This document shows positions 14,456 through 23,438 of a DNA stretch of 45,574 nucleotides, in pieces (within the stretch, counting starts at the first letter, position 1; each line of letters starts with the position of its first letter). The notes beneath the pieces are model-generated. The model worked only from the letters and a program-made list of their open reading frames with translations. It was not told where the DNA came from and did no database searches. The translations under genes were made by a program, and so were the position numbers. The stretch is from Bdellovibrionota bacterium (GTDB lineage: Bacteria; Bdellovibrionota; UBA1018), in contig DATDSK010000183.1 of the NCBI GenBank assembly GCA_035291325.1, positions 1-45,574 of the forward strand. The letters are read 5' to 3'.

Positions 14456-16564
14456 ATGAAAAGAATGTCGTATTGGATCACTCTTCAGCTGTTAATGGCG
14501 GGCGCATTCGCTTCCGCGGCATCGGCGGAGTTTACGCTGGGCACCTGGGATCTTTCGGCCGGAGCGGGACTGGGCGCGCAACTCACGAACATCCGCAAGT
14601 CGAGTGCGAAATGGGTGGAATACCGGGACTTTCGCAACTCGGCCCTGGCAAACGCCTATCTGAACGCCGAAAGGGCTACTTATCGTCTCAATCTGGAGGC
14701 GACGCGAATCGGGCTGGATGACCAGGAATATGTGCTTTCAGGCGGAAGGTACGGAAGTTTTCAATACGATATTTTCTACAACTCGATCATTCATAACCTG
14801 TCATTCAACGCGCTGACCTTGTACTCCAATCCAGGATCCGATTCGCTCAACTGGGGCGCGGATGTGAGTCCGACGATCCCGACGACGTGGCCCTCGCGTT
14901 TTGATTACACCGTTAAACAAAAGAATTTCGGTGCGAACGCGAGCTACTATTCCGAAGGGCCGATCTTTTATTCGATTGGTGTCGAGCAGTCGAAGCCGGG
15001 GGGAATTCGGCCGGTCGGGGTGAGTTTGACGACTCCTGGCGGGCCGGGGTTGGAACTGCCCGAACCGATTGACCAGAAGAACAACACGGTCGCCATGGAA
15101 ATCGGCTACAAGGAGGCGAATTGGACCACATCCCTGGATGGAAGTTTCAGCCGGTTCACGAACTTCGTCCCGTTTGTCGAGTTCAGGAACCCGAGCTTCG
15201 CGGCAACGACGCCGACCGAGAAGCTTTCCGTTCCTCCGTCCAATGATTACTGGAAGATCGGAGGCAAAGCGGCGTGGAATCCAACCGGTCTCAATTCATC
15301 GTTCCTAGTGCGCGCGACTTACGCCAAGCTCACGAATGAGCAGAACCTGTTCGAAACCATAGCGGACGGTAATGGAAATACCGGCGACCCGGTCGCGGTT
15401 CCTGCTCTGACGAGAACGTTCACGGGCGATTTGCAATACGGCACGGCGAGTGCCGCACTGACTTCCGAGCCGGTTCAGGATCTCGAGACGAAGCTCTATT
15501 ACAACTTTTCCCGTAAGTGGAATCAGAATACCGCGATCACGTTCACCGGAGCGACTCCCGACGAAAATGTCACGAATGAACTTTTCTCTTACTACAAGCA
15601 CGACCTCGGAGTTGACGTGGATTATCCGCTTCCGGCAAAGACGAAGCTGGGCCTCGGATATGAGTACATGAATGTTCATCGGCATCGCATTGACGCGATC
15701 GCGACGAGAGATCACATCTACTACGCGGAATTGCGTAACAATCAGGCGGACTTTGTTTCAGCTAAGGTAAAATATCAGCGACTCAACCGATCTTCCGATG
15801 CCGGTTACACGGAAGGCGGGTTGGAAGGGGACTTTCGGATTTTCTATTACCTGCGCCGGTTCGATGCGACGAATAAGGGCCAGGACAAGGTCAGTGCGGC
15901 GCTCGATTTCGCTCTCATGGATAATGTCGGACTTGGCCTCGAGTACACCTATCGCATGAACGATTATTATCAAACTATTTTTGGCCGTAATAAGGATCGT
16001 TCCAATGAGATCTACGCTGATCTCAGTTATCAGGTCCCAAGCTTCGGGACCTTTATACTTTTTGCCGATTACGAACTCACGAAATACGAGTCTTCTGCCC
16101 GAAGGTACAATCCCGGAATCGATCCGTCTCCCTTAACGCCGCCCGACGCGAACAATTACAACTGGGGGGCGGGAATCGAGAATCGGACTTGGGGTTGGGG
16201 CGTTGAAGCGGAAGTCCCGGTTATCGAGAACAAGGTCGATTTCGGCGCCGGATGGCAACAGTATCGCGGAAAAGGAAACACCGAATTCGGAGTTCAGTCA
16301 GTCGGTGTCGCTCCGGCCTACGCCGCGGCACCGATCGGTATTTTCGACAACTATATCCGAAATACCTTGCGGGCCAAAGCTCGCTACGCTTTTACAGAAA
16401 ACTTCAGCGCGACTCTGGGGTACCTGTACGAGCTTTTCAAATATGAAGATATCAGTTTTGACGCGTATACCCTGGTGCCGGGCACGGACACGCTGACCGG
16501 TGCTTTCTCGGATCATGATTACACAGGTCATCTGGGGTACCTCGTCGCCGAAGTTCGGTTTTAA
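14456..16564 (+). CDS. mtrB: MtrB/PioB-family decahaem-associated outer-membrane beta-barrel
   Basis: Signal peptide ending ASA-AEF. 702 aa, with no cysteine that I could find and rich in Y/G/N/T alternating strands. N-terminal KWVEYRDFRNS...YVLSGGRYGSFQYDIFYNSIIHN pattern of MtrB/PioB proteins. C-terminal aromatic residue (...AEVRF). It lies immediately downstream of the decahaem gene. Confidence 0.85.
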   Translation: MKRMSYWITLQLLMAGAFASAASAEFTLGTWDLSAGAGLGAQLTNIRKSSAKWVEYRDFRNSALANAYLNAERATYRLNLEATRIGLDDQEYVLSGGRYGSFQYDIFYNSIIHNLSFNALTLYSNPGSDSLNWGADVSPTIPTTWPSRFDYTVKQKNFGANASYYSEGPIFYSIGVEQSKPGGIRPVGVSLTTPGGPGLELPEPIDQKNNTVAMEIGYKEANWTTSLDGSFSRFTNFVPFVEFRNPSFAATTPTEKLSVPPSNDYWKIGGKAAWNPTGLNSSFLVRATYAKLTNEQNLFETIADGNGNTGDPVAVPALTRTFTGDLQYGTASAALTSEPVQDLETKLYYNFSRKWNQNTAITFTGATPDENVTNELFSYYKHDLGVDVDYPLPAKTKLGLGYEYMNVHRHRIDAIATRDHIYYAELRNNQADFVSAKVKYQRLNRSSDAGYTEGGLEGDFRIFYYLRRFDATNKGQDKVSAALDFALMDNVGLGLEYTYRMNDYYQTIFGRNKDRSNEIYADLSYQVPSFGTFILFADYELTKYESSARRYNPGIDPSPLTPPDANNYNWGAGIENRTWGWGVEAEVPVIENKVDFGAGWQQYRGKGNTEFGVQSVGVAPAYAAAPIGIFDNYIRNTLRAKARYAFTENFSATLGYLYELFKYEDISFDAYTLVPGTDTLTGAFSDHDYTGHLGYLVAEVRF

Positions 16565-16586
16565 CGTGTTGGCATACATATCAAAA

Positions 16587-17387
16587 ATGGGGGTTCTTAT
16601 GATTCGTTCTCGCATGATGAAATTGGCCGGTCTCCTTGTTCTGATCGTGATCTCGATGGCAAGCACTGGCTGTGGAAAAAAGGGAATTCTGGACCATGTG
16701 GTCGTCACCCCGACCGATAACTTTCAGAATGTTAGGGTGTCGCTGTTTTTCAAAAGTGATGTTCAGCTCCTGCTCGACGGGAAAATCGGGGTCGGAGAGT
16801 ATGGCCATGTTTACATGTATCCGTGGACCGCGGGACGGCCTTTCGAAATGGGATTTGAACTCAAGTCTTCCGTCTTTCATGAGCCGGGATACGTCAGCCT
16901 CAAACCCACGATGTACCTTCCGAATGGCGCGCCGATCGGCCTCCCATACCCGGTGGTCGAGGTCGGGAGCGAGCAGCCGGTCACGCCCTCGTTCGATCTT
17001 TACGGGTATGTTGATGTAGAGCACCTTTCCTGGCTCGGAATGGCCGGTATCTTCGAGATTTCAGAAAACAGCGACATCCCAGCGGGGCTGACATTAACCC
17101 AGGTGTTTTTGCGCGACGAAACCGGCGTTCCGACTCTTTTTGCGAGTGTCCTCGGGCCCGCGTTCAATACCGACGGCTCGGTGAAGCAGAGAGCCGGACT
17201 TGCGCTGTTCGCGAATATTAAGGCGCTGGCGCTCAAGACGCGTGCTGGTGAGCCAACTATACTCAAGCCGGAAAAGAAGATCTATGTGACCGGTCCGGTC
17301 GCGACCGATACGCCCCGGAACAAGGCTGACCTGATCCGGCTGCAGCGAGACATCATCGCTGAGGCGAATCACAGCGTCGGCCGCTAA
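16587..17387 (+). CDS. Hypothetical lipoprotein (no haem motif)
   Basis: ATG at 16587 (or 16599), 22 nt after the mtrB-like stop. Lipobox MASTGC after a hydrophobic stretch. The lipobox Cys is the only cysteine downstream of the 16587 start and there is no CxxCH motif. I recognise no family. Confidence 0.65.
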   Translation: MGVLMIRSRMMKLAGLLVLIVISMASTGCGKKGILDHVVVTPTDNFQNVRVSLFFKSDVQLLLDGKIGVGEYGHVYMYPWTAGRPFEMGFELKSSVFHEPGYVSLKPTMYLPNGAPIGLPYPVVEVGSEQPVTPSFDLYGYVDVEHLSWLGMAGIFEISENSDIPAGLTLTQVFLRDETGVPTLFASVLGPAFNTDGSVKQRAGLALFANIKALALKTRAGEPTILKPEKKIYVTGPVATDTPRNKADLIRLQRDIIAEANHSVGR

Positions 17388-17404
17388 AAAAAGGGGCAGG
17401 GCTC

Positions 17405-18661
17405 ATGAAACGGTGCATGTGGTTCCTGGTGTCCGTTTTCGCGATCATGGTTCTGCCCTTGGGCTCGGCACATGCGGATAACTGCCTTCAGGAGGGATTC
17501 CTTCCCAGAAATGAAATGCTCATACCTCCTGATTCGGTCTTCGTGAACGGTATCACAGAGGCAAAATTCGACGAAATCCTGGACCGGGCAGTCCGGTTTT
17601 ATGCTCCCGTCATTTCAAATCGCGGCGGAGTTCTGGAGCTTGACCGAAACTGGCAGGATGCAACCGTGAACGCCTACGCCGAACGGAACGGCCGACGCTG
17701 GATTATCCGGATGTTCGGGGGCCTTGCGCGACATCCGGCGATCACCGAAGACGGTTTTGCCCTCATCACGTGTCACGAAATCGGACATCACGTAGGGGGG
17801 GCGCCGAAGTACCGTCGAAGCTGGGCGGCGAATGAAGGCCAGTCGGATTATTTTGCGACTTTGAAGTGCCTCCGGAATCTCTTTTCGAAAGACGACAACG
17901 TCGGCATCGTGAGCCGGATGAAGCTTGATCCCGTCGCTGTTTCGAGTTGTGAAAATAGCTTTGCCACTCCAGGGGACGTCGCACTTTGCGAGCGCAATGC
18001 TATGGCGGGTTTATCAGTCGGAAAACTGGCAAGAGAGATGAGCGGTGGAACAGGGCCGGAAGTCGGCTTCAGTACTCCCGATCGAAACGTGGTTACGGAG
18101 ATCCTTGATGACCACCCGGCGGCGCAGTGCCGTCTGGATACCTATTTCGGCGGGGTCAACTGCCGGGTTCCCGTATCCCATGAACTCAGCGAAACGGATG
18201 CGGCGGCCGGCAGCTGTTCGGAAGAGCTCGAATTCGAGAGCGGTTTCAGGCCACGCTGCTGGTACAAGCCATTCTCAAATTCCGAACCAAACCCGCCACA
18301 GACCGGCATTGCGCGAACGCCGCTCCTGCTTGGACAAACTCATCTGGTTCTGACGAATCCGTATACCGCGTTCCCGATTCAGTATGACGTTTCTGAATTC
18401 CCGGCGGCGTTCGGAGTTTACGTGGAGGTTTCGCAACCCAATCGGGAGTTCATTGTGCCGAACGGCACGATTCCGGATCCCTACCGGCTGTTCTGGTTCA
18501 GCAGAATGGGCGTGAGGGGCGATCTCATCATGACGCCGATTCGGGACCTGCCTGGGTGGGGAACGTATTCTGTCAGAGTCATTGCGCTCGATAGCAGTGG
18601 AATGTCTTCGGTCGGTCGCTTTTCGAATTCGGCGAAGCTCGTTTTGAGTCCGGTTCGATGA
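17405..18661 (+). CDS. Secreted putative zinc metallopeptidase (HEXXH) with a C-terminal beta-sandwich-like domain
   Basis: Signal peptide MKRCMWFLVSVFAIMVLPLGSAHA. ITCHEIGHHVGG (HEXXH) followed by ANEGQSDYF, a possible third ligand region. Starts 17 nt after the previous gene. Confidence 0.7.
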   Translation: MKRCMWFLVSVFAIMVLPLGSAHADNCLQEGFLPRNEMLIPPDSVFVNGITEAKFDEILDRAVRFYAPVISNRGGVLELDRNWQDATVNAYAERNGRRWIIRMFGGLARHPAITEDGFALITCHEIGHHVGGAPKYRRSWAANEGQSDYFATLKCLRNLFSKDDNVGIVSRMKLDPVAVSSCENSFATPGDVALCERNAMAGLSVGKLAREMSGGTGPEVGFSTPDRNVVTEILDDHPAAQCRLDTYFGGVNCRVPVSHELSETDAAAGSCSEELEFESGFRPRCWYKPFSNSEPNPPQTGIARTPLLLGQTHLVLTNPYTAFPIQYDVSEFPAAFGVYVEVSQPNREFIVPNGTIPDPYRLFWFSRMGVRGDLIMTPIRDLPGWGTYSVRVIALDSSGMSSVGRFSNSAKLVLSPVR

Positions 18662-18673
18662 TCGTTCCGACAC

Positions 18674-18681
18674 AAAGGAGG
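18674..18681 (+). promoter_or_regulatory. Shine-Dalgarno AAAGGAGG for the S8 peptidase gene
   Basis: Strong SD 6 nt upstream of the ATG at 18688. This supports that start over the listed 18658 start. Confidence 0.7.
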
Positions 18682-18687
18682 CTTTGC

Positions 18688-20217
18688 ATGAAATGGTCGG
18701 GTCTTCTCGTAGTTGTTATCCTGGCGACATTCTCGGCCCCAAAAGCCGTCATCAGCGCTGAACCCGGGAATTTCGCACGCCGTCCCGCACGGTACTTCGT
18801 CAAGTTCAGGAGCGATCTGTCGGTTCGCGAGGTCAAGCAAAGATTCGCGAAAGTCGGGTTAAAGCTTCGAGGCGAAATCCAGGAAATCCAGGTATACGTG
18901 GCAGAGGCTTTGGATCCTGACCGGTTCGAGGAGAGGGGACAGGACCTGATCAACAGTTCCCCGGATGTCCTCTATCTGGAAAAGGACCGGATCGTAAGGG
19001 CGCTTGAGAGTTACGAAAGCCATGATTCGTCGGCACCTCCGACAACTCCAACAACTCCAAATGACCCGAAGTTTCAGCAGCAGAAGGCGTTGATGAGAAT
19101 CGCACCCGAAGCGGCCTGGAGCCTTTCAAAGGGCTCTCGTGATGTGCTCGTTGCGGTGACCGACACCGGAGTGGCGCTGAACCATCCGGAGCTCAAGAAC
19201 CAGGTCTGGACGAATTCGAACGAGCTCCCCGGGAATGGAATTGATGACGATCGAAACGGCTTTGTGGATGACGTGAATGGATGGAATTTTATCGGCACGG
19301 GCAACAATGACCCGGAAGATGACGAGGGGCATGGCACGCATGTCGCCGGAATCATCGGAGCCGAGGGCAATAATTCCGAGGGAATTGCCGGAGTCAACTG
19401 GCTGGTTTCGATCCTCCCGGTGAAGTTTCTCGATTCCGCCGGTTCCGGCACGCTCGAAGGGGGAGTCCGGTCCATCCTTTACGCCGTTAAACAGGGTGCG
19501 CGGCTCATCAATGCGAGCTGGGGTGATGACGTGACCTCCAGGACGTTGCAGGATGCGATCGAGTACGCGTTTTCGAACGGATCGCTTGTGATCGCGGCTG
19601 CCGCGAACAGTACCCGAGACACTGATGTCAAGCCGAATTACCCGTCATCGGATGTTTCTCTGGGCGTGATTTCGGTCGCGAGCTCGTCGCGAATCGGAAC
19701 TCTCTCCGGCTTTTCGAATTACGGCGTTCTTTCGGTCGATCTCGTCGCGCCGGGTTCGGACGTTCTGTCCACTTACCTTCGCGGCAAATACGCGAAGCTG
19801 AGCGGAACTTCGATGGCGGCTCCCATGGTGACCGGCATTGGGGCGCTGATGCTGTCCCTTAAACCGGAATTGAGTGTACTTGAGCTTCGTAACGGGATCT
19901 TGAACGCGGTCGAAGAGAGTCCCGGGTATGAAGGAAAAATCTCGACGAGAGGTGACATCAGGGCAGACCTCGCCCTTGAGCAGCTCCAAACGGGTTTTCA
20001 GATCTGGCCATCGCGGCTGACGATTGCGTTGAATGCACCGTACCCCCTGACGGCGTATCGCCCTGAGGGAAGTGTTCAATGGGATGTCAGTGACGAATCA
20101 TTGGCGCGAATTGACGCGAACGGTGTCCTCACGTTTTTGAAAGCGGGCGGGATTCAGGTGCGCGCTCGTGATGGTTCGGGTAAGCAGATAAGCACCGCCT
20201 GGACCAGGGGCCGGTGA
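18688..20217 (+). CDS. Secreted S8 (subtilisin-like) serine peptidase with an I9-type propeptide and a C-terminal Big_2-like domain
   Basis: Signal peptide MKWSGLLVVVILATFSAPKAVISA. Catalytic triad contexts VAVTDTGV, GHGTHVAGIIGA and SGTSMAAPMVTG. Propeptide-like YFVKFRSDLSVREV. C-terminal WDVSDESLARIDANGVLTFLKAGG. Confidence 0.9.
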   Translation: MKWSGLLVVVILATFSAPKAVISAEPGNFARRPARYFVKFRSDLSVREVKQRFAKVGLKLRGEIQEIQVYVAEALDPDRFEERGQDLINSSPDVLYLEKDRIVRALESYESHDSSAPPTTPTTPNDPKFQQQKALMRIAPEAAWSLSKGSRDVLVAVTDTGVALNHPELKNQVWTNSNELPGNGIDDDRNGFVDDVNGWNFIGTGNNDPEDDEGHGTHVAGIIGAEGNNSEGIAGVNWLVSILPVKFLDSAGSGTLEGGVRSILYAVKQGARLINASWGDDVTSRTLQDAIEYAFSNGSLVIAAAANSTRDTDVKPNYPSSDVSLGVISVASSSRIGTLSGFSNYGVLSVDLVAPGSDVLSTYLRGKYAKLSGTSMAAPMVTGIGALMLSLKPELSVLELRNGILNAVEESPGYEGKISTRGDIRADLALEQLQTGFQIWPSRLTIALNAPYPLTAYRPEGSVQWDVSDESLARIDANGVLTFLKAGGIQVRARDGSGKQISTAWTRGR

Positions 20218-20285
20218 TTCGGCGACTTGTTCGTGGGCGACTTGCAAGCCGGGCGGCTGGAACACCACTTGCCTTTCCTCCGTGA

Positions 20286-23200
20286 ATGACCCTTTCCGAA
20301 ATCGCCATTCGGCGGCCGGTTTTCGCGTGGATGCTGATGGCGGCCCTGATCATCTTCGGAGGCGTATCCTTCAGTCGAATGGGCGTGAGTCAGCTTCCCG
20401 ACGTTGACTTTCCGGTCGTCACGATTTCGCTCTCTCTTCTGGGGGCCGCGCCGGAGGTCATGGAGACGCAGGTCGTTGACCCCATCGAAGACGCGGTCAT
20501 GAGCGTCGAAGGGGTTCGGAGCGTCACCTCGTCTTCTTACGAGGGGAATGCGACCATCACGGTCGAGCTTGATCTCGACCGGGACATCGATGCCGCGCTT
20601 CAGGAAGTCCAGACGAAAGTGGTGCAGACGCAACGGTTGTTGCCACGGAACATGGATCCCGCCGTTATCACGAAAACGAACCCCGAAGATCAACCGATTC
20701 TCTGGCTGGCGCTGGGGAGCAAGGAGCACTCCGTTCGCGAGCTCATGATTTACGTCAGGGATCAGTTGAAAGATCAGTTCACGTCCTTGCCGGGCGTGGG
20801 CGAGGTCATGTTGGGCGGCTACATCGAACCGAATATGCGGGTCTGGTTGTCGGAACGGGCGTTGGCGCGATACGCGCTCACGGTGAACGACGTGATCTCG
20901 GCGATTCAAAACGAGAGCTCCGAACCGCCGAGCGGCTATCTCGACATCAAAGACAAGGAATCGAATGTCCGAACGCTCGGTGAAGTGAAGTCGGCGGCCG
21001 AAATGGGTCGGATCACGATCAATCTCAGGGGAGGTCAGCCGAATTTCACGCCGATTCCGCTCGCCAAGGTGGCGCGGATTGAAGATGGCCTGAACGATAT
21101 CCGGCGCATCAGCCGCGCGAACGGTTTGCCCGCGGTTGGACTCGGTATCCGGAAACAACGCGGATCGAACGCGGTTCAGGTGGCGCATGGCGTGAAACAG
21201 AAATTGACGGAGGTCGCGCCAAGATTGCCGAAAGGGATGGTTCTGAACGTAAACTTCGACAGCACTCAATTCATTGAAGATTCCGTTCGAGAGCTGAATT
21301 TCACCCTTATCCTTTCGGCGCTATTGACGGCATTGGTGTGCTGGCTGTTTCTCGGGTCCTGGTCCTCAACGATCAATGTTCTTCTCGCGATTCCGACCTC
21401 CGTCATCGGCTCGTTCATCGTGCTCTATTTTGCCGGTTTCACGCTGAACACGTTCACCCTTCTCGGGCTCGCGCTCGCCATCGGTATTGTCGTCGATGAT
21501 GCGATCATGGTCCTCGAGAATATCGCGCGGCATCGCGAACGGGGCGAGGCCCTCGTCGAGGGCGCCATCAACGGTTCGCGCGAGATCACCTTCGCGGCGG
21601 TGGCCGCGAGCGTAGCGATTATAGCCATCTTCCTGCCGGTTGCCTTTATGACCGGGATCATCGGGAAATTTTTCTTCCAGTTTGGCGTCACGATCAGTGT
21701 GGCGGTGCTTCTTTCCCTGACCGAAGCGCTTACGCTGACTCCAATGCGCTGTTCACAATTTCTGAAAGTCGGAGAGAGACGAACACGGATCGGCAAGTGG
21801 GTCGAGCACGGTTTCGACTGGAGTCGCGGCTTTTACCGGCGATCACTTGCTGTTGCCCTGAATCACCGGGTCAAAGTGGTGCTGGTTTCGGTATCCATAT
21901 TCATAGTCAGTTTCATGACTCTGGCGTTGTTGAACAAGGAATTCGTGCCGGCGCAGGATCAAAGTATGTTCATGGTCCGGTTGCAGACCCCGGTCGGTTC
22001 GTCGATTGCCTATACGGACAGCAAGTTCAAGGAGGCCGAAGCCTTTCTGTCGTCGCGTCCCGAAATCAGCAGGTACTACGCAGCCGTCGGTGGTTTCGGC
22101 GGAGGAGAAGTGAACAGCGGAATTATCTTCGCGAGTATGAAGCCTCCCGGGGAGCGCACGCAAACGCAGGAGCAGTTCATGGCTTTCGCGAGAAAGTCAT
22201 TGAACGCCATCCCCGATCTTAAAGCGAGCCTTCAGGATCTCTCGATCAGGGGGTTTACCGCATCTCGCGGATTTCCAGTCGAATTCGCGGTGAGGGGGCC
22301 GGATTGGGATCGCTTGGCGCTCTATTCCAAGAAGATCATGGAAGAGTTGAATAAGACCGGGCTCGTGACCGACCTTGACACTGATTATAAAGAAGGAAAG
22401 CCCGAAATTCGTATCGTGCCGGACCGGGAGCGAGCGGCCGAGCGGGCGGTGAACGTAGCGGCCGTCGGGGATGTCGTCAGCGCGATGATTGGAGGGGTGA
22501 TTGTCGGCCAGTACTCGCAGGGCGGGCATCGATACGACATTCGGGTCCGGCTTCAGGAAAAAGAGCGTGATCAGCTGGAGGAGATTCAGGCGCTTTCCGT
22601 CCGGAACGACCGGGGCGAGCTGATTCGGCTTTCGGAAGTCGTGAAAGTGGAACAAAAGGCTGCTCTTCAGGTGATTTCGCGCCGTGATCGCCAAAGGGCG
22701 GTCACGATTTTCGGAAACGTGAGAACCGGGCGTTCACAGGCGGATGCTTTGAACGCGGTCAATCGCATAGCGGCGAAGGTGCTTCCGGCGGGCTACAGTG
22801 TCGTCCTGAGTGGAAGTGCTCAGACGTTCAAGGAATCGTTCGCAAGCCTCCTTTTCGTCCTCATCCTCGGGCTGCTTGTTTCGTACATGGTGCTTGCATC
22901 TCAATTCAACAGTTTCATTGATCCGGTGACGGTCCTGATGGCGCTTCCGTTCAGCGTTTCAGGCGCCTTCGTGGCGCTTTTGATTGGGAATCAAACGGTC
23001 AATATTTACAGCCTGATCGGCCTGATTCTTCTGATGGGAATCGTGAAGAAGAATTCGATTCTCCTGGTCGATTTCACGAACCAGATCCGGGTACGAGCGC
23101 GTCGAGGACCGGATGAGGCGCTTCTCGAAGCCTGTCCGTTGCGGCTGCGCCCGATTGTGATGACTTCCCTTGCAACCATTGCGGGCGCAATCCCACCGGC

Positions 23201-23372
23201 TCTCGCGATCGGGCCGGGAGCAGAAACCCGGGTGCCCATGGCGATCGCCGTGATCGGGGGGATCGTGGTTTCGACGGCTCTGACCTTGATGGTCGTCCCT
23301 TGCGTCTACAGCCTTTTTGCCCGTCATGACGCGAGAAGTCAAAGAGAGCGTTCGGAGAAAAAGGCGGCATGA
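20286..23372 (+). CDS. RND efflux transporter permease (AcrB/HAE-type)
   Basis: 1028 aa. N-terminal IRRPVFAWMLMAALIIFG. Two large periplasmic loops alternate with hydrophobic blocks. Typical VVDDAIMVLENI segment. Confidence 0.92.
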   Translation: MTLSEIAIRRPVFAWMLMAALIIFGGVSFSRMGVSQLPDVDFPVVTISLSLLGAAPEVMETQVVDPIEDAVMSVEGVRSVTSSSYEGNATITVELDLDRDIDAALQEVQTKVVQTQRLLPRNMDPAVITKTNPEDQPILWLALGSKEHSVRELMIYVRDQLKDQFTSLPGVGEVMLGGYIEPNMRVWLSERALARYALTVNDVISAIQNESSEPPSGYLDIKDKESNVRTLGEVKSAAEMGRITINLRGGQPNFTPIPLAKVARIEDGLNDIRRISRANGLPAVGLGIRKQRGSNAVQVAHGVKQKLTEVAPRLPKGMVLNVNFDSTQFIEDSVRELNFTLILSALLTALVCWLFLGSWSSTINVLLAIPTSVIGSFIVLYFAGFTLNTFTLLGLALAIGIVVDDAIMVLENIARHRERGEALVEGAINGSREITFAAVAASVAIIAIFLPVAFMTGIIGKFFFQFGVTISVAVLLSLTEALTLTPMRCSQFLKVGERRTRIGKWVEHGFDWSRGFYRRSLAVALNHRVKVVLVSVSIFIVSFMTLALLNKEFVPAQDQSMFMVRLQTPVGSSIAYTDSKFKEAEAFLSSRPEISRYYAAVGGFGGGEVNSGIIFASMKPPGERTQTQEQFMAFARKSLNAIPDLKASLQDLSIRGFTASRGFPVEFAVRGPDWDRLALYSKKIMEELNKTGLVTDLDTDYKEGKPEIRIVPDRERAAERAVNVAAVGDVVSAMIGGVIVGQYSQGGHRYDIRVRLQEKERDQLEEIQALSVRNDRGELIRLSEVVKVEQKAALQVISRRDRQRAVTIFGNVRTGRSQADALNAVNRIAAKVLPAGYSVVLSGSAQTFKESFASLLFVLILGLLVSYMVLASQFNSFIDPVTVLMALPFSVSGAFVALLIGNQTVNIYSLIGLILLMGIVKKNSILLVDFTNQIRVRARRGPDEALLEACPLRLRPIVMTSLATIAGAIPPALAIGPGAETRVPMAIAVIGGIVVSTALTLMVVPCVYSLFARHDARSQRERSEKKAA

Positions 23373-23438
23373 TTTCGCGGATTTCGCTCAAGTGTTTCGG
23401 TTCATGTACCGATGAGCATTCGAGGAGATCCGTGCAGA

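Noticed and set aside
13481-20217. Calling the downstream lipoprotein an MtrC/OmcA-type outer-surface cytochrome.
   Set aside because: The lipoprotein has a single Cys (the lipobox) downstream of its start, no CxxCH motif, and is far smaller than MtrC-type decahaem proteins.
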